DNA from: Catajapyx aquilonaris
Lineage: Eukaryota
Assembly: GCA_000934665.2 (NCBI GenBank)
Contig: JYFJ02002470.1
Span: 1-56,421 of the forward strand
Direction: 5' to 3'
Length of the DNA: 56,421 nt
The notes beneath the pieces were generated by a model, which ran no database searches, had not been told where the DNA came from, and saw nothing but the letters and a program-made list of their open reading frames with translations. Below, in pieces: positions 52,604 to 56,421 of the stretch; the stretch's first letter is position 1, and each line of letters starts with the position of its first letter. The translations under genes and the position numbers were made by a program.

Positions 52604-52807
52604 GTTAAGCCATATCATGGTATTGTACTCTACTACAAACAACAAGCACCAACCTGGATGTCAACGAGTCCGTTGAAAACGCCTGTGATGGCGAAGAGGA
52701 AGAACCCTCATTGTTATCCCAGGCGTCCACAGGCTAATCGCCACCAGGCTAATCGCCACCAGGCTAGATCTACGCGGATGCTACTTCCTAACACTACGCA
52801 AGATTCA
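52604..52807 (+). CDS. Coding exon 4 (VKPYHGIVLYYKQQAPTW...PNTTQDS)
   Basis: Acceptor TTGGTTACAG|, 204 nt open in frame with ORF 52658-52873, donor |GTCAGT. Confidence 0.72.
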
Positions 52808-53084
52808 GTCAGTATACATGTATGTTTTTATGCCATGTCCGGGATATATTTGGGTGGGGATGGTGCATCATAATTATGAAACAGTCGCCTCTTACCCTGT
52901 CTCCTGGGGATCATCAGATTGAACCAATATAGACAATGACGTGTAGAGAAGAAATCTAGGGAGTACAGGTACCAGGTGAAACGGACATTGTGTCATGTCA
53001 TATTCATCTGGTACGCCACAGATAGACATCTTTCTGTGTTAATAAAAGGGGCGCGTCTTGTCCAATCCCTTCCCGGACATATAA

Positions 53085-53770
53085 TATCTAACACCATAAT
53101 ACGTACAGCCCAAAATACTGGCAGCCGAAATACCTACATCCTAAAATACCGACACTGTCATAGTACCTACTGGGCTACTGGTCAAAATACCCACGCTGCC
53201 CTATACGACCAAAATAATGCTTGGATGTTAACTCACTTGTTCAATCGGCCGCAGGTTAAAAAGAGGTACGCTTTCATATGGGAGACACCGCAATTTACCT
53301 ATACTTCCCTAGACTTCAGACTTGTATCTGGTTAAAATAGGCGTGTATACGCTGAAGATAGGTCTGTATCCGCAAAAATACCGAAGCAGGTTGGCATGGT
53401 GGATAAGGCGTCCGACTGCTAATAGGGAGCTCCTGGGTTCTAATCCCGGGGCCGGCAACCCTGACCGTGGTTTTCTGTGGTTTTCCAAGGTCTTTCTAGA
53501 ATAATTCTGGGGTCGCTTCCGTATAATAGGCCACAGCCGCTTCCTTCCTTCCCTATCCTTGGAGGTTGAAAGGCAATGCTGGGCCAACCTCCTTAAATAT
53601 ATCAATTATAAAGTGTGTATCCGCAAGAAAGAAGGTTAGGTTAATAAATTATGTTGGTACAGCGTCCCCCAACCCCTGCTTATGGCACTGTGGGTATTTG
53701 GACCCCCAGTAGGTATTTTTTCAGTGGCCTGTAGATATTTTGGGCTGTCGGTATTATGGTTTTAGGGATT
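53085..53770. mobile_element. Old inverted-repeat DNA element hosting the SINE at 53380
   Basis: CCATAATACGTACAGCCCAAAATA...TACCTACTGGG...AAATACCCAC is mirrored by GTGGGTATTTGG...CCCAGTAGGTA...TATTTTGGGCTGTCGGTATTATGG. Confidence 0.6.
53380..53615 (+). mobile_element. tRNA-derived SINE in intron 4
   Basis: About 180 bp closely matches the reverse complement of 46416-46595. Flanking direct repeat TGTATCCGCAA at ~53365 and ~53616. Confidence 0.88.
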
Positions 53771-54876
53771 ACTTCCCAGATCTGTCCAATCTTGATCCGT
53801 ATAGGCTATATGTACTTGAACTGTATAAATACATTTTTTGCACAATCAATCGTTTTAGTGCTGCCGTTTCTAATAAATATTAAAAAAAAAAAATGCCTCA
53901 GGAACCAATGCAACCCTTCGGTTATTAATATTTACCTGGCGGTTTTAAAGGAAAGTATCTAAATGAAGAGACCCTGGCACACGTAGAGAGCTTGCAAATC
54001 CCGAGAACTCCCGTCGATAAAAAATGTCATGTCGACTAAGATTTTTTGAAGAACTATACGTTAATATTGATTCGAAATGGGCTTAAAACCCCTGCCTACA
54101 AATACTGTATAAGAAACCCATAAAGACTAACAAAGTTTCAGTTTCCCTGGAGGACCTCGTTACTATTAGATAAATGTGTGAACTATTTTGTAATCTTCCC
54201 ATAGTCTATAACTGACGCTGACGTGCCCATCACTTAAAATAATTATGTTACTGGGGGACTATTTTGAAGGATACTGGAAAGATAATTATACCAGTGACGG
54301 GCACAATTCAATTCGGAATTGTGAATTGCACAATAATTCTACTGAATTTATATGAAATAATTGCGATGTAGCTGCATTCACTGAAGAATGTACAATTCTT
54401 TAGACGTTTAGACCAATTGAATTAATGGAAATTATTGGGAAGTTAATTGAAGTAAGATCAATATGACAAATTGGATGAAGAACTGAATTGAATTAGAAGT
54501 GATGAGCAATTGAATTTATTCACTTACTGAGGTGAATCTGGCGAATTGAACTGAATTAACCGAACTCAAAAGCGCGATAAATGTTCACATGTAACTCAAT
54601 ACGATAAATACCGTCCACTTTCTCTTTCCAAAATCGCTCAAGCTGAGTTAAGAAATTTTAATTGATATTTGAATTGAAATTTACAAGCAATAATATGTAT
54701 ATTATTTAGAGTTAGCAGCACATTTCGTTTAATTAATTAATGTGAATATTTGTACGTACGTACTACATTCAATGCAATTCATTCACTGACAGAGCTAGTT
54801 CGAAATTCAGACATCCTTTTCTCACTTACGTCACTGATCTGCTTGATATTTAATTCTGCTACTATCATGGTTATAG

Positions 54877-55080
54877 GAGCAAGAAGTGGACTGCAAGTCG
54901 GAAAAATCTGAAGAGGAGACACATGCAACTGATTCTACTGATGAGCTGATCCCGATAGATCCACTGGTAAAGCAGCTCGAAATGACTCCTATTCCAAAGT
55001 GCAGTATGTACGAATTCCTAACTGCTAGTCGCCCCAAGGTTCGCAAGAACCCCTGGAGACCACCAAAGCGAATGTACTCA
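54877..55080 (+). CDS. Coding exon 5 (EQEVDCKSEK...RPPKRMYS)
   Basis: Acceptor ATGGTTATAG|, 204 nt open in frame with ORF 54886-55224, donor |GTAAGT. Confidence 0.78.
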
Positions 55081-55204
55081 GTAAGTATACCTTATTTATA
55101 TACACTAGAACCGTACAAGCTCATTTCATACACAATCCATTTCTATCATAACGTGTTAAGAACTTGCTTCAGGAACCTTACTCGCTCTTCTCATACCTGT
55201 ACAG

Positions 55205-55297
55205 ATCGAAGCCCAAAAGCTTGATGCTGAAAAAATGGAACAGCAGATGAAGAAGGATCGAGAAGAAGAATTCAAACGACAGATCAAATACTACTAG
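55205..55297 (+). CDS. Terminal coding exon 6 (IEAQKLDAEKMEQQMKKDREEEFKRQIKYY*), charged helical tail
   Basis: Acceptor CCTGTACAG| after a 124 nt intron, 30 codons, then TAG TAA. AATAAA lies about 125 nt downstream. Confidence 0.75.
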   Translation: MEAQKLDAEKMEQQMKKDREEEFKRQIKYY

Positions 55298-55421
55298 TAA
55301 ATCGGAAGCTCTGACATGGTCAGTTTGTTGGTCAAAAAAATCCTAGACTATGTAGATAATTTTAGGCGCTCTCACATTTAGTACACAGCCATTTATGGCA
55401 TCTTTCTCTGTAATGCCTGGC

Positions 55422-55427
55422 AATAAA
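55422..55427 (+). terminator. Candidate polyadenylation signal
   Basis: AATAAA downstream of the predicted stop codon. Confidence 0.55.
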
Positions 55428-56421
55428 GAAATTTTATAGTGAACCAATTATTCTGGTGAGAATAACTTAGTCGTAAAAAAAAAAAATATTGACAACGTCA
55501 CATGTCTTGGCTGTGATTGTACTGTACTCCTGCTATCCTTGCCTGCTATCGAGAGTCCAAAGAGGTGAGAGGTAACTTACTACCGTTACTCCTACGTATA
55601 CTGTATATTGTGGATACAGTATTTCCACTCGCCACAATCCCATGTTGATAATTATGGGAGAAGTCGTATACAACCACAGTTATACGTATAATGTATGTGC
55701 ATATTTACCGGAATCAGTATTGAGAAGCGGCAATATTCTATCTTCTGTACATGCCGAGTGTGGAACAATATATTGGCATCAAACAAGAATGACAGAGTTT
55801 AATTTCTAAAGGCCATACCTCATTTGCAGGCTTTGTAAAAGATGAGTGCACAAAACGCAATATTAGTAGCAAGTACTTTTGATTAACCGTGCAAAAAACC
55901 GCTTAATAAACAGCAGATTAGTGCGAATAGCATCAGAAATCGGAAAAGTATTTCAGATCACCATGTACAACTGTACAACCGTAATACATGTATTATACAG
56001 ATGCCATTTACAACAGGACAAATATCGCCATGATTTGCTTTACTCTCAGAACAATGTGATGATATAACAATAATACACCGGGCTGGTTCCATTTCAATCC
56101 AGACAGAGGGTGCCCAGTCATGGTCTTCGATTTAAAAAATATATGTCGTGAGCCAATTGTACGCGCTGGACCAATAGTCCGCGAGTGAATTGGCAGCCGG
56201 CCAACTGTTCTGCCCCCCCAGCCACCACCACCCCCGTAACAGCGAAGAATCAGGATCTGGCATCGCCGCAATTCGTGACGCAAAGGAAGCCGCACTTTTC
56301 AAACGGAGCCGTCCTGGCCAAGCGGGTAGAAATTAATATTAGGCCGATGTCATTGTCACCGTCATCATTATCATCATCATTGTCCTGGTCATTACTAAGA
56401 GATCGCGGGGGGGGGGGGGGG

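Noticed and set aside
53381..53460. tRNA genes (also 32152, 45700, 46520, 47415)
   Set aside because: A/B boxes are present but the acceptor stems are poor, and each continues into a SINE body, most with tails or TSDs.
56400..56421. Terminal poly-G at both window ends as element termini or telomere
   Set aside because: More simply explained as assembly breaks at G homopolymers; no (TTAGG)n array.

Overview
Eukaryotic, AT-rich animal genomic DNA, probably an arthropod/insect (inferred from the SINE types and spliceosomal introns). It is not prokaryotic: no operons, rRNA or CRISPR arrays. One well-supported gene is present: a six-exon + strand gene (49711-55297, about 667 aa, all five introns phase 0) encoding an unrecognised, repeat-rich, probably disordered protein. 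Exons 3-5 derive from a triplicated intron-exon module. The upstream ~49 kb has no recognisable gene. It contains tRNA-headed SINEs (several with clear TSDs and apparently swapped 3' tails), many MITEs and palindromes, and a 1.35 kb foldback element with a second hairpin element nested in one arm. It also has a series of GC-richer islands with TATA boxes and short or interrupted ORFs that I cannot identify (possibly decayed viral/transposon cargo, de novo genes, or nothing). All coordinates and alignments were read by eye. I cannot confirm a novel biological system from sequence alone.
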